Positions 17,335 to 27,559 of a stretch of 64,000 nt of DNA are shown here, piece after piece. The translations under genes and the position numbers were made by a program. Position 1 is the stretch's first letter; each line of letters starts with the position of its first letter. The stretch covers positions 32,001-96,000 of the forward strand of contig CAWABA010000010.1 of the NCBI GenBank assembly GCA_963780185.1, written 5' to 3'. Below the pieces are notes generated by a model. It did not search any database. It was not told the origin of the DNA and was given only the letters and a program-made list of their open reading frames with translations. The stretch is from Candidatus Bathyarchaeota archaeon (GTDB taxonomy: Archaea > Thermoproteota > Bathyarchaeia > Bathyarchaeales > Bathycorpusculaceae).

Positions 17335-17781
17335 TTATTTGGACAAGCCAAGCTGCTTCATGAACCCGACAACATCGTAGAACAGTCGTTCTTCCACTAT
17401 TTCGCCGTTTTTCCAGGTGGCGACTGTGCAAAATTCAAGCTTCGCTGTCTTCCCGGTCGGCTGGATAACTTTTCCTTCTGCACTTTTCATCGGTCCTTTC
17501 ATTGTTACTGTCCAATCGGCTACGGTGCATGTGTGGTTTTCGTCTCCGAAAGCTATCTTGTATGGGTTGTTGACTAATCGGTTGTCGAAGGTTTTGAAGA
17601 ATTCGGTTGCTTCGACGTCGTGGTTGTGTCGTCCTCTTGTGGGTTCAGGTTGAGCGGGCCAGTACACGGCGACGTCTTCTCTGTGGCGCTTCTTAAATGT
17701 CTCCCAAAGTGGGCTGCCGGGTCCAGCGTTCCAGGCATCATCAAGTGTCTTCATCAATTCAAGATTTTCTTTAGTTCCCAA
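17335..17781 (-). CDS. SnoaL-like ester cyclase / NTF2-fold protein
   Basis: PTRGRHNH, IQPTGKTAKLEFCTVATWKNGEIVEERLFYD; TTG start after GGTGAGG. Confidence 0.88.
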   Translation of the reverse strand: MGTKENLELMKTLDDAWNAGPGSPLWETFKKRHREDVAVYWPAQPEPTRGRHNHDVEATEFFKTFDNRLVNNPYKIAFGDENHTCTVADWTVTMKGPMKSAEGKVIQPTGKTAKLEFCTVATWKNGEIVEERLFYDVVGFMKQLGLSK

Positions 17782-17916
17782 AATGCTTAACCTCACCATA
17801 GTTACTCGTTTAATGCTAATAAATTTATTACCTGATTTTTGAACCACGTTAAAACGCCTAAGGAATGAAGGGAAAACTTTAACGCAATCCCGCATCTAAT
17901 GTTAAATTGAACGCTA

Positions 17917-18597
17917 TTGGACCAACGCAAAATTCTATTGTTTTCTATTTTGTTCCTGACTTGTTTCTTACTTGTTGCCTACTTCAGAGCCTCCTTTGAC
18001 ACGCTCAACATGACTATCAACTTGTGGTCAGCCTCAATCAACAAAGGCCCCTTCACCCTAACAGCCCAGATTATCTCAATCGTCTTCGACACAATCGCCC
18101 TAGCAGTCATCACGTTTGTTGTAGCAGTCGTTTTTTTCGTCTTGCACTACGGGAAAAACGGCGTGCTGTTGTTAGCTGCGATGGCTGGGGACGCTTTTCT
18201 TGTAGGTTTATCTAAAATGATAGTGATGTCTCCAAGACCCTTAAACGGGATTATTGCTGCGCCAGGCTACTCTTTTCCAAGCGGGCACGTAACCGGCAGC
18301 GTGGTTTTTTTCGGGGTCTTAACATATTTCGTATGGAAAAATCGTGGCTCAGCGAAAGTTAGGGCTTTGACAAGTGGGCTCTATGTTTCTGTAACTGCAC
18401 TTGTGGGTTTTGACAGAATATACCTAAACGTTCACTGGTTTAGCGACATCGTAGGCTCAGTTTTTCTGGGTGCATTCTGGCTGGCGCTGTGCATCCTAAT
18501 TTTCGAATACTTGGCGGGTAGCAGAAAATTCCTCAGTTTGGTTAAAGCCCAAATAAAAAATGAAATTCGACCTTATCGCAAAGCCGCCAGCGATTAA
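17917..18597 (+). CDS. PAP2-family membrane phosphatase
   Basis: K-x6-RP, YSFPSGH, DRIYLNVHWFSD. Confidence 0.93.
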   Translation: MDQRKILLFSILFLTCFLLVAYFRASFDTLNMTINLWSASINKGPFTLTAQIISIVFDTIALAVITFVVAVVFFVLHYGKNGVLLLAAMAGDAFLVGLSKMIVMSPRPLNGIIAAPGYSFPSGHVTGSVVFFGVLTYFVWKNRGSAKVRALTSGLYVSVTALVGFDRIYLNVHWFSDIVGSVFLGAFWLALCILIFEYLAGSRKFLSLVKAQIKNEIRPYRKAASD

Positions 18598-18692
18598 TGG
18601 GTACCCTTCTCCATTTTTGTCGACTATTTTCCATTAGGCTTTTTCAAATTGTTTTTATTTACGACTGTCCTAGTTACAAGTGGTGTTTTGAA

Positions 18693-18974
18693 ATGGATGA
18701 AGATTTTGAACAAGACGATTTCGACATGATTGACCCATCAGCCAAAAGAGTTCTTGTAGCCCTTTCCCAATTCGAGAAAGGTCTCTTGGTGACGGTGGAC
18801 CTTTTACACAAAAAAACGGGTTTGATGCCTGAAGCCCTAAACGACGCAGTGCGGCACCTGTTAAAGTCCAAGCTCATCGACATACCTGAGCCGGCAAAAA
18901 AACATGGCCCCTATGATTTCAACACCGTCGAAATAACCGACTTCGGAAGGCAAGTGCTAGCGAAATTCGGATAA
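18693..18974 (+). CDS. Small winged-helix protein
   Basis: Acidic N-terminus, LHKKTGL..EALNDAVRHLLKSKLI, VEITDFGRQVL wing. Confidence 0.65.
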   Translation: MDEDFEQDDFDMIDPSAKRVLVALSQFEKGLLVTVDLLHKKTGLMPEALNDAVRHLLKSKLIDIPEPAKKHGPYDFNTVEITDFGRQVLAKFG

Positions 18975-19128
18975 AACTTTACAACTAAACCCCCATCTTA
19001 ACTAGCAACGATACTTTTTCTTTTTTTAAGAATGACCAAGCCTGATTTGCCAAAGAGCAAAGCGTGGGATGTTAGATTTACACCCGCGTTTAAATCCACT
19101 CAAAAGGTGTGAACCTCTCTTTTCACGG

Positions 19129-19779
19129 CTACAAGCATTTGAGGTAATTGATCAGCGCTTGAAATTCTCCGGTTTTTTTCATCTGGTTTTTTTGAAGCAT
19201 TTCTTCTATGTTGGACTTGATGTAGAGTCCGCCAGACGGATACAGCTGACGGGCAACTAAAGTGAAGACTTTGCAGTTTGCTTTTCCTATCCTTTCTTCT
19301 CTAAATCGCCATTTGTAAGGACTTCTGGGCGGAAGAAGCGTTTCAGAAAAAACGATAACAGCAAAATTCCTCACATTGGTAATTGCTTCAAGCTCGTTGA
19401 ATTTGGCATGCAGCACTTTGTTAGGGTCTTCCCGCTTGCCGTTTTCCAGCATCTTGCCGCCGACAGCGTTGTTTTTAACCTCTATTACCATCTTCACGTT
19501 GTTAGACGGGAATGTGTTTTGGTTTGAGTCAATGCCACTCTTTAAAAGAAGCAGATCATTTTTGATCTTAGACCCTTGAATTGTGACGTCTGGAATCATT
19601 GAAAGGTTAAGGTCCCTTCTCAACAGATGATTGCGCAGGACTATTTCCGTTGCACTTCCAGATTTCTCGCGGGCTGTTTTGTCGGTTTTTTGTTTCTGAA
19701 ATTCTTCACCGACCTCGATTAGCATGGCGTATTCTTCATCGGCAGCTTCTAAGAATGGTTGCTTGGAGTAGTTGGGCAT
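19129..19779 (-). CDS. Putative PD-(D/E)xK nuclease
   Basis: SGSATE helix, KNDLLLL, MVIEVKNN. Confidence 0.6.
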   Translation of the reverse strand: MPNYSKQPFLEAADEEYAMLIEVGEEFQKQKTDKTAREKSGSATEIVLRNHLLRRDLNLSMIPDVTIQGSKIKNDLLLLKSGIDSNQNTFPSNNVKMVIEVKNNAVGGKMLENGKREDPNKVLHAKFNELEAITNVRNFAVIVFSETLLPPRSPYKWRFREERIGKANCKVFTLVARQLYPSGGLYIKSNIEEMLQKNQMKKTGEFQALINYLKCL

Positions 19780-19907
19780 AAGTTAAATGTCTCATCTCTA
19801 ACATAAAAAAACTAATGTGGAATTCGAAAGTGAAAAAGTCCAAAGAAGTTTAATCGAAAAAAAGAATTTGGAATCGTAGTTTTCGTTCGCCAAAAAGGAT
19901 GGGTAGG

Positions 19908-20345
19908 TTACCCGAATTTTATGTATTTTTTGGGCTCCATCATGTTAGCTCTGTTCCAGTGCTGCGCTTGGCATTTTGCTACCTTCACGATGATCAACCC
20001 GGGGCTTTCTGCCGTTATACCCATTTGCTTGAGGAAGGGGCGCGCTTCTATCACTTTACGCTTCATCTCGATATCTTGCACAAACTCCACCTTGCCCGTG
20101 ACCCGCACCATGTCTCCGCTTTTGCTTTTGGGGTCGAAGAAGCAGACTTCTACTTTGGGGTTGACTTTAAGCTGCTTGTAGACATCTTTGTTGGCGTCGA
20201 TGCTGTAGTAGAGGCCGGTTTTGTCGGCGGAGAAAAGTTGCAGCGCACGCACTTTCGGCTGGTCGCCGTCTAAGGTGGCGAAGAAACTGATTGGGTTGTC
20301 GGTTACAAACTTGAGAATTTCGTTCAATTCCGTAATAGTCGCCAA
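19908..20345 (-). CDS. Pyridoxamine 5'-phosphate oxidase-like flavin-binding protein
   Basis: FFATLDGDQPKVR, KDVYKQLKVNPKVEVCF, VRVTGKVEF. Confidence 0.9.
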   Translation of the reverse strand: MATITELNEILKFVTDNPISFFATLDGDQPKVRALQLFSADKTGLYYSIDANKDVYKQLKVNPKVEVCFFDPKSKSGDMVRVTGKVEFVQDIEMKRKVIEARPFLKQMGITAESPGLIIVKVAKCQAQHWNRANMMEPKKYIKFG

Positions 20346-20457
20346 AAAAGTAATAGTGGCGGTGATTATAGGTTTTTCCTCAGCGAACGAGCTGGCGGTT
20401 TAGCAGTGTAGGCGGCTCGCGGAACTTCATGCTTGAGCGGTAGGGCGAATTTGGAAA

Positions 20458-20501
20458 TGGCGCGGGATGTGGGATTTGAACCGACGTGGCCTTTCAACCA
20501 C
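20458..20501 (-). repeat. 44-bp duplicate of the tRNA-Ser 3' end (att-like)
   Basis: 41/44 identical to 21463-21506, same orientation, includes T-arm, acceptor strand and CCA. Confidence 0.92.
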
Positions 20502-20598
20502 CTGCGGGGCTGTAAAATCGCTTTCGTTGCTAAACGTTACCATTACATACTCAGTAATAATGAAATATTTATATGGTTTGTAATGGTAAAGGGGTGCT

Positions 20599-21450
20599 GT
20601 GCGAACTATAAAAAGAAAAAAAGGCAAAAATGAGTACTTCTATCTGCAACATTCCTTTCGAAAGAATGGAAAAGTGATTACAAAGGAGCTTTACCTTGGA
20701 AAGAAAATTCCTGAAAACATTGACGAAATAAAAACCAAACTCGCTCACGAACCACATGCAGCATTGGCTAAAAAACTCGACAAACTAAGGAAGAATTTTC
20801 AGGAAGAATGGAAAAGAACCCCCTTATCAGCCCAAGAAAAAGAACTGCAAGAGGTAGCCATCGCCTTTACTTATAACACGAACGCAATTGAAGGGTCAAC
20901 CATAACTCTTGAGGAAGCTAGGTTAATACTGGAAGACAAAGTTGCTCCGAACAAGCCGCTCCGAGATATCCGAGAAACAGAATCACACGCAGCCGTTTTT
21001 TTGCAAATGTTGAAAACCAAAGAAAAAATCTCAAACAAACTCGTGTTAAAGTGGCATGAAGAAATCTTTAAAGAAACAAAACCTGACATCGCAGGAGCTT
21101 TTAGAAACTATCAAGTCAGAGTGGGTCCTTATTTGGCGCCAGATTGGCGAAAAGTCGAAAACCTAATGGAACAACTAGTAGCTTTCATAAACGAGTCAAC
21201 TCTCAGTTCCGTCGAGCTTGCCGCCAGAGCTCACTATGTATTTGAGAAGATTCATCCTTTCGGCGACGGCAACGGCAGAATCGGAAGGCTCTTGATGAAT
21301 TACATTTTATGGCGAAACGGTTACCCAATGCTCATAATAGAGTACAGCAAAAGAAAATCCTACTACAAAGCCCTGCAGCGACCCGAAGAAGGCTTCGCAA
21401 GTTATTTTATCAGAAGATACCTAGCTGTGCACAAACAACGCCTAAACTGA
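20599..21450 (+). CDS. Fic family protein (class II-like)
   Basis: HPFGDGNGRIGR catalytic motif; TNAIEG inhibitory motif N-terminal to it; basic N-terminal beta domain. Confidence 0.95.
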   Translation: MRTIKRKKGKNEYFYLQHSFRKNGKVITKELYLGKKIPENIDEIKTKLAHEPHAALAKKLDKLRKNFQEEWKRTPLSAQEKELQEVAIAFTYNTNAIEGSTITLEEARLILEDKVAPNKPLRDIRETESHAAVFLQMLKTKEKISNKLVLKWHEEIFKETKPDIAGAFRNYQVRVGPYLAPDWRKVENLMEQLVAFINESTLSSVELAARAHYVFEKIHPFGDGNGRIGRLLMNYILWRNGYPMLIIEYSKRKSYYKALQRPEEGFASYFIRRYLAVHKQRLN

Positions 21451-21845
21451 GAAAGAGTTAGTTGGCGCGGGATGTGGGATTTGAACCCACGCGGCCTTTC
21501 GACCACAGACTTAGCAGGCCTGCCCCCTACCAGGCTAGGGCAATCCCGCACGTTGATATTTTGTTGTTCTAAGCCTGTTCCTAGTCCCTTTAGGTGCTCT
21601 ATGTTTGCTTGAACACCTTGACCAGTTTCAGCCAATCCATTATACTGTATTTCAATTAAACCTTTCTGGGAATTAAGACTAGTGGATTGACCCAATTGCT
21701 CCTTAACATACTTCCTGCTTTGCTTATGATGGAAGAGTTTGCTCTTGCCATACTCAGCCTTTCCTCCATAGTGCCTAACTCTGCAATAGTTGCCTAATCG
21801 TTGAAGATAACCTTCTTGCTTACAAACTTCACAGATTATTCGCAT
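21402..21845 (-). CDS. Zn-finger-like ORF reading through tRNA-Ser in sense; possible split-integrase N-fragment
   Basis: TTTATATT box, GAGGGGGT SD, MRIICEVCKQEGYLQRLGNYCRVRHY...HH; frame stays open across the whole tRNA. Confidence 0.5.
   Translation of the reverse strand: MRIICEVCKQEGYLQRLGNYCRVRHYGGKAEYGKSKLFHHKQSRKYVKEQLGQSTSLNSQKGLIEIQYNGLAETGQGVQANIEHLKGLGTGLEQQNINVRDCPSLVGGRPAKSVVERPRGFKSHIPRQLTLSQFRRCLCTARYLLIK
21463..21549 (-). tRNA. tRNA-Ser(GCT), CCA encoded, no intron
   Basis: Acceptor GCGGGAT/ATCCCGC + GCCA; anticodon arm CAGGC-CTGCTAA-GTCTG; long variable arm GGTC-GAAA-GGCC; T-arm GTGGG-TTCAAAT-CCCAC. Confidence 0.97.
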
Positions 21846-21946
21846 TCTACCCCCTCTTGGAATTTGGGAACCCCGAGTGGTCAACTCTGAATATAAAGAC
21901 CATTAAAACATAATTTTGGGACGTCAGTTGTTACTAGTTTTCTCAG

Positions 21947-22213
21947 TCATTTCTCAAGTTTCATGCCGCACTTATTGCAGAAATCATCATTATATCTGTT
22001 TTCTGCCCCACATCTAGCACAGCTAATTTTGTTTTTCTTAAAATAATAATTTATCATTGAAGGACAAACAGGTATTAACACACTAAATATAAGGGCGTAG
22101 AAAAAATACTGACCAGAGCTAATTGCGTGATTGTAATTTAACAAAAGCAACACAATATATGCTAATGATAAAGCTCCTACAATAATTATTCTTACTCTTG
22201 TTTTCTTGCCCAT
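21947..22213 (-). CDS. Small 2-TM membrane protein with C-terminal zinc ribbon
   Basis: Two hydrophobic helices then CARCG..N..DDFCNKCG; AT-rich DNA. Confidence 0.8.
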   Translation of the reverse strand: MGKKTRVRIIIVGALSLAYIVLLLLNYNHAISSGQYFFYALIFSVLIPVCPSMINYYFKKNKISCARCGAENRYNDDFCNKCGMKLEK

Positions 22214-22439
22214 ATGCTCACTATTGATGACTTTTAGATTTAAGACTTATCAAAAGCGTCACGTATGCTTTGTTTTGCCTGTTGTAGAATACGTTTTTCA
22301 TATGCCAAATTTAAGTGCCTTTAAGAACTAATTTTGGAGCGTACAGTCAAAGGAGTAACTCAGTCAAGAAAGCTTGACTTGATTTAGTTAAGAAATCTTG
22401 ACGAATAGTCTTTTATCTCAACTGAATGCATGAGTCATT

Positions 22440-23231
22440 ATGGGCTGTTTAAGAAAAGGTATGGCTTTAGTTCTAATTCTAATCATGGTTGTCTCAGCCT
22501 TAGGTCTAATGATGGTTAAACCTGCAAACGCTCAAAGATTTGAACAAGATACATCTTTTCCTACGCCGTCCATTCCACAGTTTACCGTCAGGATTGTAAA
22601 CAACTCATACTACACACAACCAATAACTACCATCACAACTGACCCCTTTACAGGACAATCAACGACTACAACAACGCCAAGCCGGTTTGTAGAGGATGAA
22701 TTTATAGAATTAGCAATTAAGAACCAATCAGTCACTTTTCAACGTGGCGGTATCGACCTTTACTTTGACGTCCGCACGAAAGGTCATTTCTCAAAGGATT
22801 GGAATTACATTAGTACTCTTGACGGTAATATTATTGAAAACTACTCATCACGGTATACTATTGTTACAGCATATTTTGACCATGATTTTCCTGCTGTTGG
22901 ACAAATAGACTTTCAGGTAAGAGCAATAATTGGAGACATCTATGTTGAAGATCCCAATACTCTTTCCCAATATGAGATTGTCATGGGACAAAACGGTGGC
23001 TGGACTGATATACAAACAATCAGTATACCCGATGGTTCAGTTTCTATTACGCCATTCACCAATCCATCTCCTGCTCCTACTCAAACACCAACGTCTATTC
23101 AAACGCCAACTCCAACGCCTATCACAACTCCCACCGTTCCGGAGTTTCCAACAATCGTAATTCTGCTTTTGCTTCTTTCCGTGTTCTCTATTACTGTGGT
23201 ACTCAGGCTTAAAAAGCGGAGAATAAGCTGA
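22440..23231 (+). CDS. Secreted surface protein with PEF-CTERM anchor
   Basis: Signal peptide, PT-rich linker, VPEFPT + TM + KKRR. Confidence 0.88.
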   Translation: MGCLRKGMALVLILIMVVSALGLMMVKPANAQRFEQDTSFPTPSIPQFTVRIVNNSYYTQPITTITTDPFTGQSTTTTTPSRFVEDEFIELAIKNQSVTFQRGGIDLYFDVRTKGHFSKDWNYISTLDGNIIENYSSRYTIVTAYFDHDFPAVGQIDFQVRAIIGDIYVEDPNTLSQYEIVMGQNGGWTDIQTISIPDGSVSITPFTNPSPAPTQTPTSIQTPTPTPITTPTVPEFPTIVILLLLLSVFSITVVLRLKKRRIS

Positions 23232-23403
23232 GAATACAATCTAAAATATGCTTTATTTCTGCCTAGCGACCCAGACAGGTTCCTTAAATCTACTCTATAA
23301 ACAAAGCAGTATGCCCAGAAGTATAGTCCTCATTTCCAGCTGGCTGAAAGGGTACTGTTCACGTTGCACGCAAACACAAACGGGTGCGAGGAACGCCGTT
23401 TTT

Positions 23404-23449
23404 TGTGTCTATTTGGCTCTTCTAGATGTGTCTATTTGGGTCATCTGGT
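23404..23449. repeat. Two tandem 23-bp repeats
   Basis: TGTGTCTATTTGGCTCTTCTAGA / TGTGTCTATTTGGGTCATCTGGT, 19/23 identical. Confidence 0.7.
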
Positions 23450-23491
23450 AAACCGAGGGGCGGGTGTGTGAGAGAGGCAGGGATTGATTCA

Positions 23492-23596
23492 GGAGGGGTA
23501 CCCCATTTTTACATTTAAAAACCGAGGTAAAAATGGCTTCAAGGACAGGGGGGAGGGGGTCTAGTATTTACATTAAAATTCCAATGTAAATATGGG
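23492..23596 (+). repeat. Two copies of a 46-bp G-tract + dyad element
   Basis: 23492-23537 and 23551-23596; the second has TATTTACATT-N8-AATGTAAATA; third copy at 47751-47796. Confidence 0.8.
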
Positions 23597-23745
23597 TTCC
23601 AAAAGCCAACACAAAAAGTAAACAAGGCAATCATCGCACGTTTAACTTGCCTTTTGGAGGGAATTTGGATCAAAATATTTAACTCCGCGTTACATGAGCA
23701 TTGGCAACACTCATGCGGTATCTTTGTGTAGAAGCGGCGGTTAAG

Positions 23746-25270
23746 ATGAAAAAACGTTTGGCAGCGGTTCTGGCAATAGCTATAATTGTCGTTGTTGTAG
23801 TGTCATCGTTCGCTGCCGTAGAACTTTATGATTTCTCAGCTCCCGTGGCAAGCAAGAAGCCTTTTTACGTCGGCGTCACCTACTGCGGTAACTCAACACT
23901 CGAAGCAGAGCAGCTTATTGACAGGGTAAAAAACTATACTAACTTGTTTGTTTTGCAGTCTGGTCCATTGATGAGCGACCTTAACGCTACCGAGCAAATA
24001 TGCGACTACGCGGTTAACTCAGGATTAAACATCATAATTTACTTTGGCACTAGTGGTTCACCATTCACTTTGGATTCGCTGCTCAAAATTGCTCAGACCC
24101 GTTGGGGCAACCATTTCCTGGGGCTATATTACCAAGACGAACCAGGCGGAAAAATGCTCGATACGGAACTAGACCTCTACATGAATAACGGTTCTGTTAG
24201 TAAGAATACTGACGGGTCGGTTTCAATTGGTGAATCGAACGATAGCCAGTCGCCGTCTTGGTACACCGACATTACTTTCTCACCTTCAGGAAAAATTACA
24301 GTTTTCAAATCAACAACCCTTGACGTTCCCAGCAATCAAACCGTTATGACCACAAATGGTAGCGACCACAACCATAACCGTTCCTTTTACGGTGGAAAAC
24401 TCAATGACTGTTTACTACCTGAATGGAACCATTTCTTATTCATCAAACATTGGCGATGTTAACACTCCGCAGATAATTTACCGACCAGACGACACTGCAC
24501 AATACGAAAACGGCACCCTGGTAACTGGCAAAGGCAATATTTCACAGTTTGAACCGTACCAAAAACTTTGGGATTCAAGGCCTCTTCAAACTTACGCTGA
24601 AGCCGCAGACCTTTTCACAGGCAACGAACAGCACGTCTTGGGTACGCTCGGCAACCAATCATCGATTAAACTTTTCACTTCCGACTATGCCCTTTACTGG
24701 TACGACTACCAAGGAGGCTACGACGTTGTGCTATCCGAGCTTGGATGGAATCAATCAACCACACAAAACATCGCTTTGGTCAGAGGCGCCGCTGACATGC
24801 AGAACAAGAGTTGGGGCACAGTAATAGATTGGGCAAGCCTGACAGCGCCTTACCTGCAAAGCAGCAGCCAAATGTACAATCAAATGTGCCAATCCTACCG
24901 AAGCGGAGCCACATACGTTGTCGTCTTCAACTACTCTCCCAGCGGCAACGGCACAGGGCTTTTGCAAGATAACGATTTTGCGGCTTTGCAGAAGTTCTGG
25001 AAAAACGTGGTTGAGAACCCCAAAGAAACCAACAACTTCACCGCACAGGACGCCTTAGTTTTGCCTCAAAACTACGGTGGCGGCATGCGAAACCAAAACG
25101 ACACAGTATGGGGCATATGGCAAGCCGACAGCACCTCGCAGCAAATTTGGGCTAACCTGCAGACAAACCTATCAAAACACGGCTCAAAACTCGACGTTAT
25201 CTACGATAACCCAGCCTACCCGACGGCAGGACGGTACCAACATGTTTACTATTGGAACCAAACCGCCTGA
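23746..25270 (+). CDS. Secreted/membrane-anchored hypothetical protein (frameshift near 24.36 kb)
   Basis: N-terminal TM, KPFYVGVTYCGNS, YYQDEPGG; two overlapping ORFs read as one protein. Confidence 0.75.
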
Positions 25271-25415
25271 ACCTGCACCGTTAGCCGCTTTTTTGAGGGC
25301 AAAAACCGTTTTTGGCTTCTAGTTCAGGTTTTCTAAACAGAAGAAATTTAAGGAACGAGCAAAGAAGAATTACCTGAGCGTAATCTAAGTCATATTGAAT
25401 TTTGAGGCGCTGAGT

Positions 25416-25847
25416 ATGGTTGAGAAACTATCAAAATCTGACGTTGCATTCATCCAGCAGCTTCCAGTCGGAAGGCTTGCAACCGTAACCAAAGAATGCG
25501 AACCTGTGGTGAGGCCGATTTGGGCTGTTTTCGACAGCGTATTCATCTACTTTGCATCTGACCCAGACATGCCCAAGCTTGAGCATATAGAGGAGAACCC
25601 TGAGGTTTCGTTGGTTTTCGACGACTACGACAGGGAAAATTGGGCTGCAGTCAAAGGAATCCGTGTTCAAGGCGAAGCAGAAATCATGTGGGAAGGCGAA
25701 GAATACCGCTACGCGCATTCCCTTCTTGAAGAGAAATATCCAGAGTACCGAACCACTGACGGCGGCTGGAAAGAAGGCGACGTACCCATAATCAAGATTA
25801 CGCCCACAAGCTACAGCAAATGGGCTGCGGGGCAATTGAAAAAATAG
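25416..25847 (+). CDS. PPOX-class (pyridoxamine oxidase-like, possibly F420-binding) protein
   Basis: VGRLATV...PVVRPIW, KLEHIEENPEVSLVFDDY, GIRVQGEA, LEEKYPEY. Confidence 0.88.
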   Translation: MVEKLSKSDVAFIQQLPVGRLATVTKECEPVVRPIWAVFDSVFIYFASDPDMPKLEHIEENPEVSLVFDDYDRENWAAVKGIRVQGEAEIMWEGEEYRYAHSLLEEKYPEYRTTDGGWKEGDVPIIKITPTSYSKWAAGQLKK

Positions 25848-26613
25848 CTATTTTCGCCCCTTGATTATGCCTATCCTGCCGACCATAAAAGGCAGCTTCA
25901 AAGCAGCTGGGATAAATGGTGCGTTTCTTGGTTTCTACAAACTCAACTTCGGCTACGCCCCAGCTTTTTATCGTCGCAACCAACTCGTCAACGTTGCCGT
26001 AGACGGGTTTGAGTAAAAACAGGTCTTGGAAAGCGAATTTTCCGTCCTTCTTAACTACACGTAACGCTTCACGAATCACTTCGCGTTTGTCCTTTGCATC
26101 GGCGACTTCGTGGAAACACAAGTTGCTGACTGCAGCATCAAAATACCCATCGTCGAAAGGCAACTTTGACGCGCTCGCCTTCTGGAAACTCACTCGTTCG
26201 GCTACACCCGCCGCTTTCGCGTTCGCTTCACAGGTGCCCTTTGAGTATTCCCATCGTTCACCCCAAAAGTCAATTCCAGTTACCTGCGCTTCGGCAAACT
26301 TCTTGGCAAGCTTTATCGTTAATGCGCCGTTTCCGCAGCCTATGTCAACAGCTTTTCCTTCGCCGCTCCAGTCCAGGTTCGTAATTGCTGTTTCCCAGAT
26401 TTTATCTTGAACGTTCCCGCCCCGAGGCGAAAACAAATAGCGCGCATAAGCAAAATACACTGCAACAGCAAAGAACACGAGCGCGGGGATAAGTGCGACC
26501 CAAAACAGAAATGCCACCGCCAAAAGCGCCAAGCCTAAAACGCCAAAGATGTAGATTAAACGGGTTGAAACCCAATTTCCAAAATCAGGCGCACTTTTTA
26601 CTTCTTTAGCCAT
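25848..26613 (-). CDS. Class I SAM methyltransferase with N-terminal TM (frameshift near 25.93 kb)
   Basis: VDIGCGNG, ASKLPFDDGYFDAAVSNLCFHEV; alternate frame gives ...GRIGIIKGRK*. Confidence 0.9.
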
Positions 26614-26714
26614 CTCAATTCACCAGCGGCTTTACTTTGCATTGGAATGCTATTTAAAACTTCAGCAAGAGAGGGCAAGCAATTTTTTTAAGTCAAGGCG
26701 AGTTAACGGTTGCT

Positions 26715-27506
26715 ATGCAGAATATTGATCCTCTCTTTATTCTTCAACCCGTAATCGTAATCATAATCTGCACCGCGCTTTTGCTTTATTGGTACCGCAG
26801 GCGACGTTTTCACTGGATGGTGCTTCTGTACTCTCTTGTAGCGTATTCCGTGGCAATCGCGCTCAAGTACGCAGTGCAAATCCCCACCTACAACTCGGTG
26901 AAGAGCTATTTCGGCTCAGCCAGCGTGGGGTTAGGCGTCTACTTCGGTCTTCAAACCGTGTTTTTAGAGGTGGGTTTAGCTTACTTGGTCGCGTGGTGGG
27001 TGATTTCCCGCGGGTTGCTTGACCGTAAAGACGCGGAAGCTTACGGTTCAGGGTTGGCTTTCTGGGAAAACGCAGGCTTACTCGGCATGCTTTCACTCAT
27101 CAACCTCATCACCTACTGGAGCATTCTCTCATCCAACACCCCGCTCGCACAGACACTTTACAACCAGTTAAACGCGAATTCACCTGGGCTTTTTGCTCCT
27201 GCGTCCGAAGCTTTACGGTCAGTTGCGTTAGGCACCCTTGAGAGAATCTCTTCAATCATGATTCATTTCGCATGGGGTTACCTGTGCTTCATGGCAGTCA
27301 CACTGCGGAAGAGGCAGCTGTTTCTGATTGCGTTGCCCATGGGGTTTGTCGATTTCCTGGTTCCTTTTGCCTCAGGCATCGGAATCGTGGTTTTCGAAGC
27401 CATTGTATTCGCGTTGGCGGTCTTGTCTATCTTTGTGGCTTGGTACGCTGTTAAGCATGCAGGCGGAAACTCGGAAAACGACATTCCAGTGTCCCAAGTC
27501 AAATAA
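26715..27506 (+). CDS. YhfC/PrsW-like intramembrane metalloprotease
   Basis: Multi-TM; FLEVG, GLAFWEN, LERISSIMIH motifs. Confidence 0.75.
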   Translation: MQNIDPLFILQPVIVIIICTALLLYWYRRRRFHWMVLLYSLVAYSVAIALKYAVQIPTYNSVKSYFGSASVGLGVYFGLQTVFLEVGLAYLVAWWVISRGLLDRKDAEAYGSGLAFWENAGLLGMLSLINLITYWSILSSNTPLAQTLYNQLNANSPGLFAPASEALRSVALGTLERISSIMIHFAWGYLCFMAVTLRKRQLFLIALPMGFVDFLVPFASGIGIVVFEAIVFALAVLSIFVAWYAVKHAGGNSENDIPVSQVK

Positions 27507-27559
27507 ATGCATAAAGCTTATCCCTAACTTGCCATTAATAGCAGAAGAGTGGGGTCAGT

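Larger units (their letters stand above)
20458..21506. mobile_element. About 1-kb tRNA-integrated islet carrying only a Fic gene
   Basis: Bounded by direct repeats of the tRNA 3' end; no integrase inside. Confidence 0.75.

Noticed and set aside
20458-20501. Second tRNA gene or split-tRNA half
   Set aside because: Only the 3' 44 nt are present, with mismatches that weaken the T-stem and variable arm; the full gene is 1 kb away, so an att scar fits better
23492-23596. Replication origin ORB elements, suggested by the G-strings
   Set aside because: No TCCA..GAAAC ORB core and no orc1/cdc6 gene nearby; kept as an unexplained repeat
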